Origin: Andalucia godoyi And28
Taxonomy: Eukaryota > Protista > Jakobida
Length of the DNA: 64,000 bases
Assembly (NCBI GenBank): GCA_009859145.1
Contig: VRVR01000061.1
Span: 62,001 to 126,000 of the forward strand
Reading direction: 5' to 3'
Of this stretch, positions 1 through 10,221 are shown piece by piece. The position numbers and the translations under genes are program-made. How positions within the stretch are numbered: the first letter of the stretch is position 1; each line of letters starts with the position of its first letter. The notes under the pieces were generated by a model. It did not search any database. It was not told the origin of the DNA and saw only the letters and a list, made by a program, of their open reading frames with translations.

Positions 1-536
1 GCCCTCCGGCTTCTGCCAGTTCTGCCCGCGATGTCATGGCCAAACGCCTTGAAGCATTCCGGCTTGTTAGCTCCGAGACTTCCAATAACACATTCGCCCT
101 CAATCATCCAAAGCCACCTCGTCGGTTTTCTGTGAATGTGAATGAAGATGTGTATGCTCCGTTGCGGAAACTGCGAAGAGCAGAGTTTTCGAACCATTTG
201 AACGAGCTGGAGCTGCAGTTTCACCAAAGAGTGGACGAACGTGCTGTGCATTTGATTGCAGTCCCGGAGTACAACGTTGGTGTTAAAATTGTAAGGCAGG
301 AGGAGATGCCGTCAAAACGGTCTACGTCTCCGGAAGATTGGAAGAAGCGATTCAAGGAAAACCTGGAGGAAATGAGGGCCAAGCAACGTGGACAAATACC
401 GACAAAGAGGAAAACGCGCGTCATGTCCGCGCGCGACGTGGTTCATGCAGATATTGATGCGCACACGGAAAAGTTGGCTCATCTAGGAATGCGAGAGAGT
501 CGTTCTAAACATTCGAGAACACTTTCTGCTCGCTGA
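1..536 (+). CDS. Hypothetical protein, probably the 3' part of a gene starting before the window
   Basis: The frame of ORF 36..536 is open back to base 3. It has a charged helical composition and is followed by a T-rich 3' region. Confidence 0.55.
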   Translation, partial: PPASASSARDVMAKRLEAFRLVSSETSNNTFALNHPKPPRRFSVNVNEDVYAPLRKLRRAEFSNHLNELELQFHQRVDERAVHLIAVPEYNVGVKIVRQEEMPSKRSTSPEDWKKRFKENLEEMRAKQRGQIPTKRKTRVMSARDVVHADIDAHTEKLAHLGMRESRSKHSRTLSAR

Positions 537-990
537 TTATTATTATTATTATTTTTTCTTCCATTTTTTGATTATTTATTTGTATATTTCTATTTTGATT
601 ATTTATTTTTAAATTTATTTATGGTTTTTGTTTCTCTCTCCGTGCAGTTTCAAATCCATGTTTTTGTTTGCGGTTGAAATGAACGCCTGTGATAGCATTG
701 CATCAATACGAATTGGCTCTAATACGGGTACAATAATGCAATGCTGCATGACAATCGATCCTACGAAAATCAGTCATCTAGTGGGCAAGCCCCAGTTCAC
801 ACAAGTGCCTGCGCGCACCGTGTTGTTCAAAGCGATATTGCACGCACCATTCCAACTGCAGTCCACCTGATTCACCATCTGTCACCGAAGTGTGAGGCTG
901 GGGATGTGCCGGCTGTACGCACACGGAAACACTGGGACGCGCTGTTTTCTTCCATGATCAGGTTGTCGGGAGGTTCCTCGCTTAGGAAGG

Positions 991-1075
991 GCACGTGTGG
1001 CCGAGTTGGTCTAAGGCGGTCGACTCAAGTTCGACTCTTCATTCGAGGGCCTGGGTTCGAATCCCAGCGCGTGCA
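991..1075 (+). tRNA. tRNA-Leu(CAA)
   Basis: Acceptor GCACGTG/CGCGTGC; anticodon arm GTCGA-CTCAAGT-TCGAC; long variable arm; T arm CTGGG-TTCGAAT-CCCAG; oligo-T terminator at about 1080. Confidence 0.97.
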
Positions 1076-1685
1076 AGTAATTTTTTTTATTTTTTTTAAT
1101 AACCATTATTTCTCCTTTCCAAATACTGTCCACTTTTGCTCAGCATGCTGGAGACTTGTTTCCCATGATCAGGAAGCCAGGGCATTGCTCCCTGGGTGGT
1201 TCAACGTAGCGGGGCTCAGTGCTTGGGAAACAGAGGAGGGAATGATCTGCCTTCCTTCCCCCTCCCCTCTCCCGTAAAAGTCCGATGTTCAGCCTCTGAA
1301 AAACAGATGTGTCTGTCAAGGCTCCCGAGTCTGCTCGGACCGTCATTTTGATCCGTTTGACCCAATCAGGACTCTGCTGGCACAGTCATTCACGAGGCAG
1401 AAAAAAAACACTGCAAAACCGTTTCCAACTTCCCCAATGGAAACGTTTTGTCTTTTTGAAAGGGAGGGGAAAAGAAGAAGAAGAAAATTAAACAGATTAT
1501 TTGTCTGACTGTTCATCATTGTTTTTCTCACGTTGGCTCAGTCATCAATAACAATAGGAGGTGGCTGATTTATATATATATATATATATACCATTGTGTT
1601 TATATACGTGTTTTGTTTTTTGGTTTTGTTTTTTTGCATGTACTTATGACATATTGAATCATTGTCGTCCCGATAGTCTAAAGTC

Positions 1686-4661
1686 ATGATGATGATGCCT
1701 CCACAGTCTAGATCCCCTGGGCTCCGATCGACGTCTCCGGGCCCGACATCTCCGGCATCTCTGATCAAGAACACTCCTGTGAATGAGCGAGAAGAGAGCT
1801 TTCGCCAGTGCCTGTCGATCTATGAAGTGTTTTCGCTGAACGAAGGTCCGTTTTCAGCGTGTCCGGTTCGACTAGCGGATACGCTGCTGTTTGATAAAGG
1901 ATCGCCAATTGTGTGGTATTCACATGGGACTTCGCAAGGGCTCGTGGTTTCCAAGTTGGCGGAAGGAAACTTCGAGAATCCAGACATGGTCCTGGACGCA
2001 TTCCGTGCATCGTGTGCCGAAGACACCTCTGCTGCACATTCGATCGCTGTGAACTATCACCAAGAAGTCCACTCGGTTCCTTACTCGTTCAAGCCCCTGG
2101 CTGGGAGAGCAAATTTGCTGTTTCATCAAAAGAAAGGAATCAAGTACCCGTATCGAGAGAAGCCGCCGGTAGCATTTGTTATGCAGCGCGACCATCCTGG
2201 ATCTGTGCGCTATGTAGATGAAGAGCAGCTGTGCAGACTGCTGAAACACGGTCGTCGAACAGGCTTCACGGGAATGGTGCAGAAGATTGTGCCTGTGTAT
2301 CCGTTCAACAATCCCCCATCAGAAGAGTCTTCCGATGGAAAAAAGGTTGGAAGACCGATCATGATAGAATGGCATCATAAAGCTGGGAAGGCAGCTGGTC
2401 GGGAATCAAAACGAAACAGCGAAACCTCATTTGCCCCCACAACATCATCGTCGCTGCAATTCCAGCAGCAAGTGTTATCAGCGTTGGTTCCAAAGAACGA
2501 GCACGGATGCACTTGGTATCCGACGATTCCACCCACAAATGCCAGTTTCGTTTTCTGGTCCCCTGACCAGCCTTTGAGCCTTGTAGAAACGGATCTGCTC
2601 ACAATGTTTTCACAGAGAGTGGTTCTTCATTTGAAAAGAGTCGCGCAGTATGCAGCTCGGCGCTCTCCTTTTGCCCCTAATGCCAGTGTACATTCGAACG
2701 GTCGCGGCAGCTCGAGCATAGAAGAGCCGGATGATTTTCAAGACTTCAGTGACGGGGAGGACGACGTGGACTCGCTGCTTCGAAATAGCTCATTTACCAG
2801 CGATTCTCCTCCACCCGTGCGGCCCGCTCATCCGACTGCGACTTTGGAGTGTGTAGAGTTCTCAATCCTCCTGGCTCGTCAAATCGTGAAGCCTCCCCCT
2901 CCTCCTGCGTCAACTAGCGCTTCGTCTGCATTGCCTGGAGCAGCGCTGAACAGCAGTCGCGGCTCCATTCCGTCCCGAACTCACCAAACATCCATTGATA
3001 GTAACAGCGGAACGTTCTTGACCTCCGTCAATCCTCCAACCGCTCGATCGTCGTCACCTCCTGCTCGATCGTCCTATCAATCCAGTCAATACACTGCTAC
3101 GCGGCCGAGCGAAATCTATTTCTTGTACACGACTCGCATCGTGATTACCCCGAGGCAAACCTTGCTCAAGTGTCTTCCGTGGCCCCCGGTGCAGCTTCGA
3201 CACAACTTGTTTCCCGAGAATCACCCACTCCCTTCGGCCGCTGCGCAGAACGCGGTGGGCCGAAGCCCCGTGCCCTCCAATCTATTTTTGGGGCCAAAGA
3301 AGAATTCATCGTCTCCGACTCCGCTTCCTGCGCTCGGGAAGCAGCATCCTGGGCTGTTTACAAAGCCTGGTGCAAAAGTGGAACCTGTGAAGTCTAAATC
3401 TCCTACACGCATCAATGGCATTCCGCACTCGGGATCCGTCAATCATGATGCGCTGGACGCCCATTGTCCGAATTGCGATCATCACATTACGTCTAGAAAA
3501 GAACTCTTGAGTGTTACGTTTGAGCAGTGCATCGGCTCCACTGCTTGTCCCATACTGTCCCTCGATGACATCAGCTATACCTCTCCAACGATCCGCCATA
3601 TGTTTGCGATACAAGTTGTGCCGACAGCTTCCGGTCGTCGATCTGCGGCTGCGCGAAAGAAAGCGGCCGTGGCAAGTTCGCAGCCTCGTTCCGAGCCCCC
3701 TTTTCTTCTCCGACAATCCACTGAGCAGCTGTTGCGACGAACAAGAGGACTGTTCGGTAATCCTCTCAAGCAGCGGCAGGACTCTGTTGTGATGCGAATG
3801 CACGACCGTATACCTCGTGCTTTTCGACCCAGAATTCCGGAAATTGCGCAAGACCTCGAAAGTTTTCGGTGGGACGAGTTGCTTATGCGGAAGGAGTTTC
3901 TTTCCCGTGCGGTTCTCGTGTGTTCAAAGTGCTGCCTGGAGATTCAGGAAGCGTATTGGAAGCGGTTTGAAAAGCGAGCCAAGGAAGAGCTTGCTCCGAC
4001 CATTCAAGATCCTCTGTACAACTCGAGACCGGGGACACCAGACTTCAAACGACCAAGTTCGTCTTCGTCTTCCGTGTTGTACGGCGGCAGTCCTTCTCCT
4101 GGAAGAAGGCAGTCTATCTCGGACCGTAATGCGGGCGGCTCGCCACAGAAGACTGTCAATGGATCGAGTGGGATCAACTCTGCTGGTTCGCAGAAACCGG
4201 TTCCGACGCTGAGCGACAGGATTCAGAAGAAGCGCAGCCATCCGCAGTCTGCCTCACCTTACGGGAGTCGATCTCCCGGGAGAACTCCTGCCATCGCCAC
4301 AATGGAGCTGACGCCAAAGCGTACTCCTTCGGAACTGACCGGCCAACTGAAGCAAATGAATCGTCAGCAGAAGCGCGTGTTTGATGTGGACTTTGATGCG
4401 CGAAAGGAAAGAAGAGAGAGAGCGCGGCGACAGCAGGAAAAGATGCGGGAAGAAGAGTACATCTTTTTGCACACCATCCGACCAGGATCTTCCCTGTCTG
4501 GCAAGCGCCCCACACCGCTGCAACCGAGGTCGAAATCAGCGTCGCCTAGTCGCGCAAAGGAGCAGCAGACCTCAGCATCGCCCAAACCCGCGGTTCCTTC
4601 CCTCAAGCTCACAAAGAAGAAGTCCTCCAAGCCAAACACACCTCTCACCCGATACCCGTGA
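1686..4661 (+). CDS. Large hypothetical protein (991 aa) with globular segments and a basic Ser/Pro-rich tail
   Basis: Uninterrupted 991-codon ORF with T-rich flanks. It contains CPNC and CSKC pairs, but no family is recognised. Confidence 0.8.
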   Translation: MMMMPPQSRSPGLRSTSPGPTSPASLIKNTPVNEREESFRQCLSIYEVFSLNEGPFSACPVRLADTLLFDKGSPIVWYSHGTSQGLVVSKLAEGNFENPDMVLDAFRASCAEDTSAAHSIAVNYHQEVHSVPYSFKPLAGRANLLFHQKKGIKYPYREKPPVAFVMQRDHPGSVRYVDEEQLCRLLKHGRRTGFTGMVQKIVPVYPFNNPPSEESSDGKKVGRPIMIEWHHKAGKAAGRESKRNSETSFAPTTSSSLQFQQQVLSALVPKNEHGCTWYPTIPPTNASFVFWSPDQPLSLVETDLLTMFSQRVVLHLKRVAQYAARRSPFAPNASVHSNGRGSSSIEEPDDFQDFSDGEDDVDSLLRNSSFTSDSPPPVRPAHPTATLECVEFSILLARQIVKPPPPPASTSASSALPGAALNSSRGSIPSRTHQTSIDSNSGTFLTSVNPPTARSSSPPARSSYQSSQYTATRPSEIYFLYTTRIVITPRQTLLKCLPWPPVQLRHNLFPENHPLPSAAAQNAVGRSPVPSNLFLGPKKNSSSPTPLPALGKQHPGLFTKPGAKVEPVKSKSPTRINGIPHSGSVNHDALDAHCPNCDHHITSRKELLSVTFEQCIGSTACPILSLDDISYTSPTIRHMFAIQVVPTASGRRSAAARKKAAVASSQPRSEPPFLLRQSTEQLLRRTRGLFGNPLKQRQDSVVMRMHDRIPRAFRPRIPEIAQDLESFRWDELLMRKEFLSRAVLVCSKCCLEIQEAYWKRFEKRAKEELAPTIQDPLYNSRPGTPDFKRPSSSSSSVLYGGSPSPGRRQSISDRNAGGSPQKTVNGSSGINSAGSQKPVPTLSDRIQKKRSHPQSASPYGSRSPGRTPAIATMELTPKRTPSELTGQLKQMNRQQKRVFDVDFDARKERRERARRQQEKMREEEYIFLHTIRPGSSLSGKRPTPLQPRSKSASPSRAKEQQTSASPKPAVPSLKLTKKKSSKPNTPLTRYP

Positions 4662-4937
4662 AGCATCCCTCCCCAAACTCCCAGGCCCCAACCATTCTGC
4701 AGCCCTCGTGCAGCCTCTGGCTTCTTGTCGGCTGTAATTTAAAAAAGTAACGCAAACCCTTGACCGTGATACACTCCGCTCGGGTGCATGCAAACCTGCT
4801 TTGGTCTGCTACGATCTTCCTATTGCTTTAACTCTTTCTTGTTTTCTTGGTTTCTTTTTTGTTGTTGTTGTTGCTTGCTTGCTTGTTTGCTTGTCGTTTT
4901 TAAATCTCAGTTTACTGCCATTTCACTTGTTCCAGAG

Positions 4938-5918
4938 ATGGCCCAGCCGTATAGCTCGCAGTCGCCGTATGGGTCGCAGTCGGCCATCGCACGGGATGGA
5001 TTTGCGCAAAAGCAAGGCATTCTGCACAAGGCCACGAGTCGGCCTGGGAGCGTTGTTGCACTGGTGAACATTGTCGCTGTGTTCATTGTCGTTGTGCTTC
5101 TTGGGGTGTCTGTGTCGACGGATACTGTGTGGTGGCACTTGAAGCTGCAAGCAGGAGAGTTTAAAGTCATGCTTTCCGAACTGCAGCAGTGTCCGTCGTC
5201 CGGAAGGTGCGCGGGATACGAATACGATAGCGCTATGTTCCAGCATCCTTCTGACGCAAAGGACTGGATGAAAGTGCAGAAGAGCACAGCAGACGCTGCC
5301 TTTTCGTTTGTCTTCATTGCGTTCCTCGTGCAGCTCATCTCGTATGCGTTCTTCGTCCAGATGAGCAACAAGCTCGCGGTGGTCCTTGGATACGTGTTCT
5401 TTGCTGCGTTGACGCTTGGGTGGATTTTGGTCATTGGCTCCACATTTCGCTTTTCCGGCGGCGTCGTCTCGGAACTGGTGTGCAAAGACATCTTTTCGAG
5501 TGAAAACTTGCTGAATCTTCTCTCGAACATTTGCAAAGACAAGTACTTTGCTGCAGACGAAACCGTCAGTGACCAGGGCGGAAACTCTCAGAGCAATTCT
5601 TGGGGCCCCAAAGCCGGATGGAACTGCTCCCTGGTCTCATTCATCTTTGGATTCTTTATGATCTCTGCAGCGATCCTCACGCTCGTGAGGTTCTCAAGAG
5701 TGCGCGCACAGGAAGGAGACAATGGGAAAACCGGTGGATATCATGACAACTCCTCGCTGGTCGGCTATCCCAATGCAGGCTACAACTACCATGCCGAGTC
5801 TTCCGGGTACAATCCTCCCGCTCCGATATTCTCAGCATCCTCCTACAACCCGCCTCCGCAGCACCAAGCAGCCTACTACCCACCCCCTCCACCCCAAAGT
5901 GCATACACCAGTGTCTGA
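4938..5918 (+). CDS. Four-TM claudin/amastin-like membrane protein, paralog 1
   Basis: ATG at 4938 (MAQPYSS). Four hydrophobic helices, W...C...C in the first loop, and a Pro/Tyr-rich C-tail. Clearly similar to 7329..8339. Confidence 0.8.
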   Translation: MAQPYSSQSPYGSQSAIARDGFAQKQGILHKATSRPGSVVALVNIVAVFIVVVLLGVSVSTDTVWWHLKLQAGEFKVMLSELQQCPSSGRCAGYEYDSAMFQHPSDAKDWMKVQKSTADAAFSFVFIAFLVQLISYAFFVQMSNKLAVVLGYVFFAALTLGWILVIGSTFRFSGGVVSELVCKDIFSSENLLNLLSNICKDKYFAADETVSDQGGNSQSNSWGPKAGWNCSLVSFIFGFFMISAAILTLVRFSRVRAQEGDNGKTGGYHDNSSLVGYPNAGYNYHAESSGYNPPAPIFSASSYNPPPQHQAAYYPPPPPQSAYTSV

Positions 5919-6520
5919 GCTGTGTCCGCAGGTTAGAAGAAAACACGTAAACACTCGACTAAGGAAGAATGAACGAACCAACATCAAGGGTACGTTGGTG
6001 GCGAATCGGATACCTGCTGGGAAATGTGCTCTCACAAGGGCTGTTTCGGGAGGGGGGGTCCGTGATGCGACATTTCTTGAGAGAGAATTTTTTCTGCACT
6101 GCTGGGAGTTAGTTAATCGGGCTAATCGGTGCGGTGATACGGCAACCGCAAGCTGAACATCGGGCAGCATTTCTTCGTGTGTGTATTCTGCTCCGGGTCT
6201 GAGTGTACGCACGACACATGCATGCTGAATACGAAAAGACCGAGAGACGAAGAAGACATGTCATCATTTGCACGGCTGCAGCGATGATGGGAAAAAATCA
6301 GAAAATGTAGAGGAAATCCAGCGACCTGCGGCATGAGGAAGAGCAGGCGCAGAACGACGCGGAGAGTGCAGACGGGAGGGGGGGAGCCCACAGCTGGAGG
6401 CTATGTGGGCTGCGCTTGTTCTTGCTTTCGGATGCGTGGTCACGCGCAGCGAATCTCTCACGTGTTGTCTTTTCTTTTTCTTTCCCTCTCGGACAATCGC
6501 ACCCCAGCGCCCCTGATCAC

Positions 6521-6968
6521 CGTTGAATAAAAACACGTCATTGTCATGCATACGGAAGTATACACAAACAGACACGGTCAATACCGACCGACACCAGCAC
6601 GTTTGTTTCACAGGAATTCGTGATACAGGGCCTCCTAGGTCCCGCAGACCTCCTAAGAGACCACGTGTCACTGCGCCTACCGCCTCTTCCTCTCGTATCT
6701 CCCGTTGTATCAATCGCTGCAACTGAGGACACGAAAGCGCCTGCTGCTAGGGCCGTCAGAATCAAAATGCACCCTTCTCAGGAGCAACGTGTCACGCTGA
6801 GAAAGTGGCTCACCGATTGATCGAGATTGGGAACGGAGCGCGGGAACATTTATCTGAAGAGCGCCGTGAGGCGTGTTGGGGCCGATCCCCTTCCCGGCAA
6901 CGGCATGCAAGATTGAATATGCATGTCTGTTCGTAGATATGCAGCATGTTCAGTATATAATGTAGGCG
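6521..6968 (+). mobile_element. Fanzor2/IS607-derived non-autonomous element (ghost), family A copy 1
   Basis: Homologous to 40902..41351 and 57976..58532. Encodes AVRIKMHPSQEQRVTLRKWL (TnpB/Fanzor N-terminal HTH) joined directly to a frameshifted IDRDW-NGAR-NIYLK (RuvC-III). Left junction CCG at 6520-6522; right end TGTAGGCG at 6961-6968. Confidence 0.88.
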
Positions 6969-7328
6969 CTAGCACCCGCCCCGCAAGATGATGCAGGATG
7001 ATCTATGCCGTGATCGCACCCAGCTGTTAGCACAGCTCTTACCAGAAACTGATAGAGTCGTCAGCCATGTTTGGTGTTTTGCCGCAAATCGGAAAGAGAA
7101 AAAGGCTCGGGGCGAACTCCTCTATGCTTTTCCTCCGTTGCCTGCGTTGTCCTCACGCTTCTTGTGTTGGCGAGCGCGGTGTGCTGTCGAGGATCTCTCT
7201 TCCTGCTTGGCTGAGTGTGGTTTTCTATATTTTGTCTATTTTGTTTTTTCTTTTTTTCTTTTTGTATTTTTTTCCTCTTCTTCTTCTCGTTCTTCTTTTT
7301 CATAATTGAATTTGATTCAACAACAGAC

Positions 7329-8339
7329 ATGTCGAACGCTTACACGGCATACTCTGCGCAGCCGCAGCCTGTGTACAACTCGTACACGGCAGCCCCGAAC
7401 CCGTACGGAGCGCCGGTCCATCAGCCAGCATATGCTCCGACGACGACAACGCAAGTGAACTCTCCGCCGGTTGTGCGACAGAAGCCATATCGAAGATCGG
7501 GAACGTGCCCTGCGATTACGTCCATTGTTCTCTTTTTTGTGATGCTCGTCCTTCTGGGTGTTGCAGTCTCGACAAAGACAGTCTGGTGGAAGTTTAAATC
7601 ATCCAACTTCATTAATTATACGTTTACACTGTATCCAACGAATGCAGAGTTGTGCTACGCCGACAGTTGCGATACGCGCGATTATGACGATTCGTCGTGG
7701 ACAGACCCTTCCGCGGCAAATTCGTGGTTCAAGCAACAAAAGGGCATTGCTGGAGCCGCATTTGCATTTGCGCTCATGTCGTTCCTGCTTCAGTTGATCT
7801 CCCATATCTTTTTTTTCCAGCGCAGCAACAAATTGGCGGTACAGGTTGGCTATGTATACTTGTTGTTTTTGTTTCTGACGTTCGTGTTGACGATTGCGTC
7901 GACATTCCGGTACTCTGGTAATATCTCACGTGTTGTGTGCGATGATCTCCGTGATCTCGGCTCCACGATTACCTCGCTGTGCTCGAACCATTATTTCGCC
8001 GCAGACGAGACCATCACATACATGGGCGGAGTTCAAATTCACAACACCTGGGGTCCTGAAGCTGGCTGGAAATGCTCCCTAACTGCGTTCATCTTTGGAA
8101 TCATTGTCTTGCCGTTCGCGTTGGTCACCATCATTCGATTCGCCAAGACCCGGCGATTGGAGGGAGACAATCCTCGTGCTCCAGGATCTGGTTACAACAA
8201 CATGCCGGCGGGTGCAGACATGTACAATGCACCGCCACTGCATGCCCAGCCCGCTGCCTACGCATACAACCCACCAGTTGCGCAACAGTCATATTACCCT
8301 CCACCTCCTGCAAGCAGCAACCAATACTCGAGCATCTAG
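7329..8339 (+). CDS. Four-TM claudin/amastin-like membrane protein, paralog 2
   Basis: ATG at 7329 (MSNAYTAY). Shares VSTxTVWW, AAFxF, SNKLAV, YFAADET, WGPxAGWxCSL and YYPPPP with paralog 1. Confidence 0.8.
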   Translation: MSNAYTAYSAQPQPVYNSYTAAPNPYGAPVHQPAYAPTTTTQVNSPPVVRQKPYRRSGTCPAITSIVLFFVMLVLLGVAVSTKTVWWKFKSSNFINYTFTLYPTNAELCYADSCDTRDYDDSSWTDPSAANSWFKQQKGIAGAAFAFALMSFLLQLISHIFFFQRSNKLAVQVGYVYLLFLFLTFVLTIASTFRYSGNISRVVCDDLRDLGSTITSLCSNHYFAADETITYMGGVQIHNTWGPEAGWKCSLTAFIFGIIVLPFALVTIIRFAKTRRLEGDNPRAPGSGYNNMPAGADMYNAPPLHAQPAAYAYNPPVAQQSYYPPPPASSNQYSSI

Positions 8340-8519
8340 ATGGATTCTGAACGACATTCAAAACATCCCTTCCCCCCCTCGTCTGATTGTTGTTGCTGTT
8401 GCTGTTGTTGGAATTTGTTTCTCCACTTCTGTTTCTGTATTCTGTTTCCAATGTTCGATTCCGTTGCAACGTTTTATGGTCTATTTAAAAAATAATAACA
8501 ACTTTCTTTTGGAAAATGT

Positions 8520-9863
8520 CTACTGGACAATGGGCAAGTTCTGGATGAAGCGCGAGAACATGATGAACGACTCCTTCGGCTGGTCATGCGGAACCATGTG
8601 TCCAGCATTGACAATGACAAGCATCTGGAGGAGACCTGAGCGCTTCACATAACCGGCAATCAAATTGTCGACCGTCCAGACCCAGCGAGGAGCCGAGTTG
8701 AAGTCAGCTGCGCCGGGCCAATCCATCGTGCGGACCCACTGCTCCGAGCCCAAGAAGTTGCAGATGAAGTCATTCGCACCGTTGTACACCAAGACCGAAA
8801 CATTCGACGCAAGAAGTCGGGGAACAACGAATTCCTGCGAGATAAACCAGTCTCCGATGATATCCTTGTACGTTGTTCCGTCACACGGTCCCCAAACAGG
8901 CTTCTCGTTCGACACGCGCAACGCCGTTCTAACATCCAACCGATTCAGATAGTTGATGATGGGCTGCAAGTCATAGCACAGCGGCTCGACAGACTGGTCG
9001 CAGGTCTGCGTGACGTCGTACACGTTGAAGGAACCAGCCGCATCCTGAATCGTCGAGAAGATCTGGTTGCAGATTCCGCTAGCCTGGTCCACACGACCAG
9101 ATTCCAGCAGTGCAGAGCACGTCGCATACGTCTGCTGCACACGGTTATACGTCGGGAAGTCGATCATTCCATGTGAATATGCATAGAGTCCATACGAGGC
9201 ATACTGGATATTCGGGTTTGTCATTCCGTTTCCAATCGACACTCCGTTCAAGTTGATCTTGTACTTGATGGTACCGTGGGCATTGGAGTCCAAGATTGCA
9301 TTAGCAAGTGCCGGGACATAGTGTCCTCCGTATGACTCTCCGGAAATGTAGAATCGGTTGTTTGCAAATTCGGGGTGCAAATCAAAGAATCCCTCCAGGA
9401 ACGTAAGCATGTTGGCCGCCATTTGCACTTCGGAAGTCACATAGCCCGTGGGATCCGTCACATATGAAAATCCCGTTCCGCACGGCTGGTCCATCCACAC
9501 GACGTTTGCCTGCTTGTTCCACGACCACGGATTCGGTGAAAGCGTAGTTCCCTTTGCATCTGCAACATTGAAGGGCCCATTCTCAAAGAAGAACGCAAGC
9601 ATTCCCGAGCATCCCGGTCCTCCTGTAAGCCAAATGACAAGCGGATCCGCCGCGGGATTCGACTGCGATTCTGCAAACCAGTAGAACAGGTTGGCATCTG
9701 CGGTCTTGTTCACATTCACATATCCCGCGTACATCTTGAAAGACGGCATCGCGGCCAGACCAGGCAGAGCCGTGATCAGATCAGGAGGCGTTGTCTGGCA
9801 AACCGCCAGCGCAAAGCATGCAGCGACTCCAAGAAGCAGCAGTCCGAGCTTGCTCATCGTCAT
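8520..9863 (-). CDS. Serine carboxypeptidase, family S10 (secreted)
   Basis: Signal peptide; motifs WLTGGPGCS, DQPCGTGFS, GESYGGHY (catalytic Ser), NGANDFIC and AGHMVP. Confidence 0.96.
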   Translation of the reverse strand: MTMSKLGLLLLGVAACFALAVCQTTPPDLITALPGLAAMPSFKMYAGYVNVNKTADANLFYWFAESQSNPAADPLVIWLTGGPGCSGMLAFFFENGPFNVADAKGTTLSPNPWSWNKQANVVWMDQPCGTGFSYVTDPTGYVTSEVQMAANMLTFLEGFFDLHPEFANNRFYISGESYGGHYVPALANAILDSNAHGTIKYKINLNGVSIGNGMTNPNIQYASYGLYAYSHGMIDFPTYNRVQQTYATCSALLESGRVDQASGICNQIFSTIQDAAGSFNVYDVTQTCDQSVEPLCYDLQPIINYLNRLDVRTALRVSNEKPVWGPCDGTTYKDIIGDWFISQEFVVPRLLASNVSVLVYNGANDFICNFLGSEQWVRTMDWPGAADFNSAPRWVWTVDNLIAGYVKRSGLLQMLVIVNAGHMVPHDQPKESFIMFSRFIQNLPIVQ

Positions 9864-10221
9864 CAATCTGTTGTTTGTTGCTGTTGAAAAGGGGGGAAGA
9901 AGAAAATGGGATTTTTTTTTAGGAAAAGAGGGAGTGATGAAGCGAAATGGAGGAGTGGAAGGAAAGCACCGAAAAGGCGTGCTGGCGTTTCGCAGTCGGT
10001 TGTTATTCTTCTAGACACAGCATGCACGTTGTGTGGAAAGGGTGCGGGAGCATCAAGAGAAATTCAATGGGATTTTCAGAGTTTCGGACAGTCCTTTCCC
10101 CAGCGGACTACGGCTGACAGCTTTGTATGTCAACGTTGAACGTACAACAATACGATTTCATCATGCTTCGTCATTTTCTTTTTTTCTTTCAGCTATTTTC
10201 TGTTTGGCTGTGGTTTACTAT

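Noticed and set aside
6880-6968. Pseudoknot between the GCC(G/T)A loop and terminal TAGGC
   Set aside because: It pairs well only in A3 and does not covary in A1, A2 or B.
6190-7172. Possible larger B-like element enclosing A1 (GAGTGTACGCACGACAC at about 6200 and TGTTGGCG at 7165-7172)
   Set aside because: Only short matches, with no DRD motif or omegaRNA hairpins. An 8-mer is expected by chance in 64 kb.
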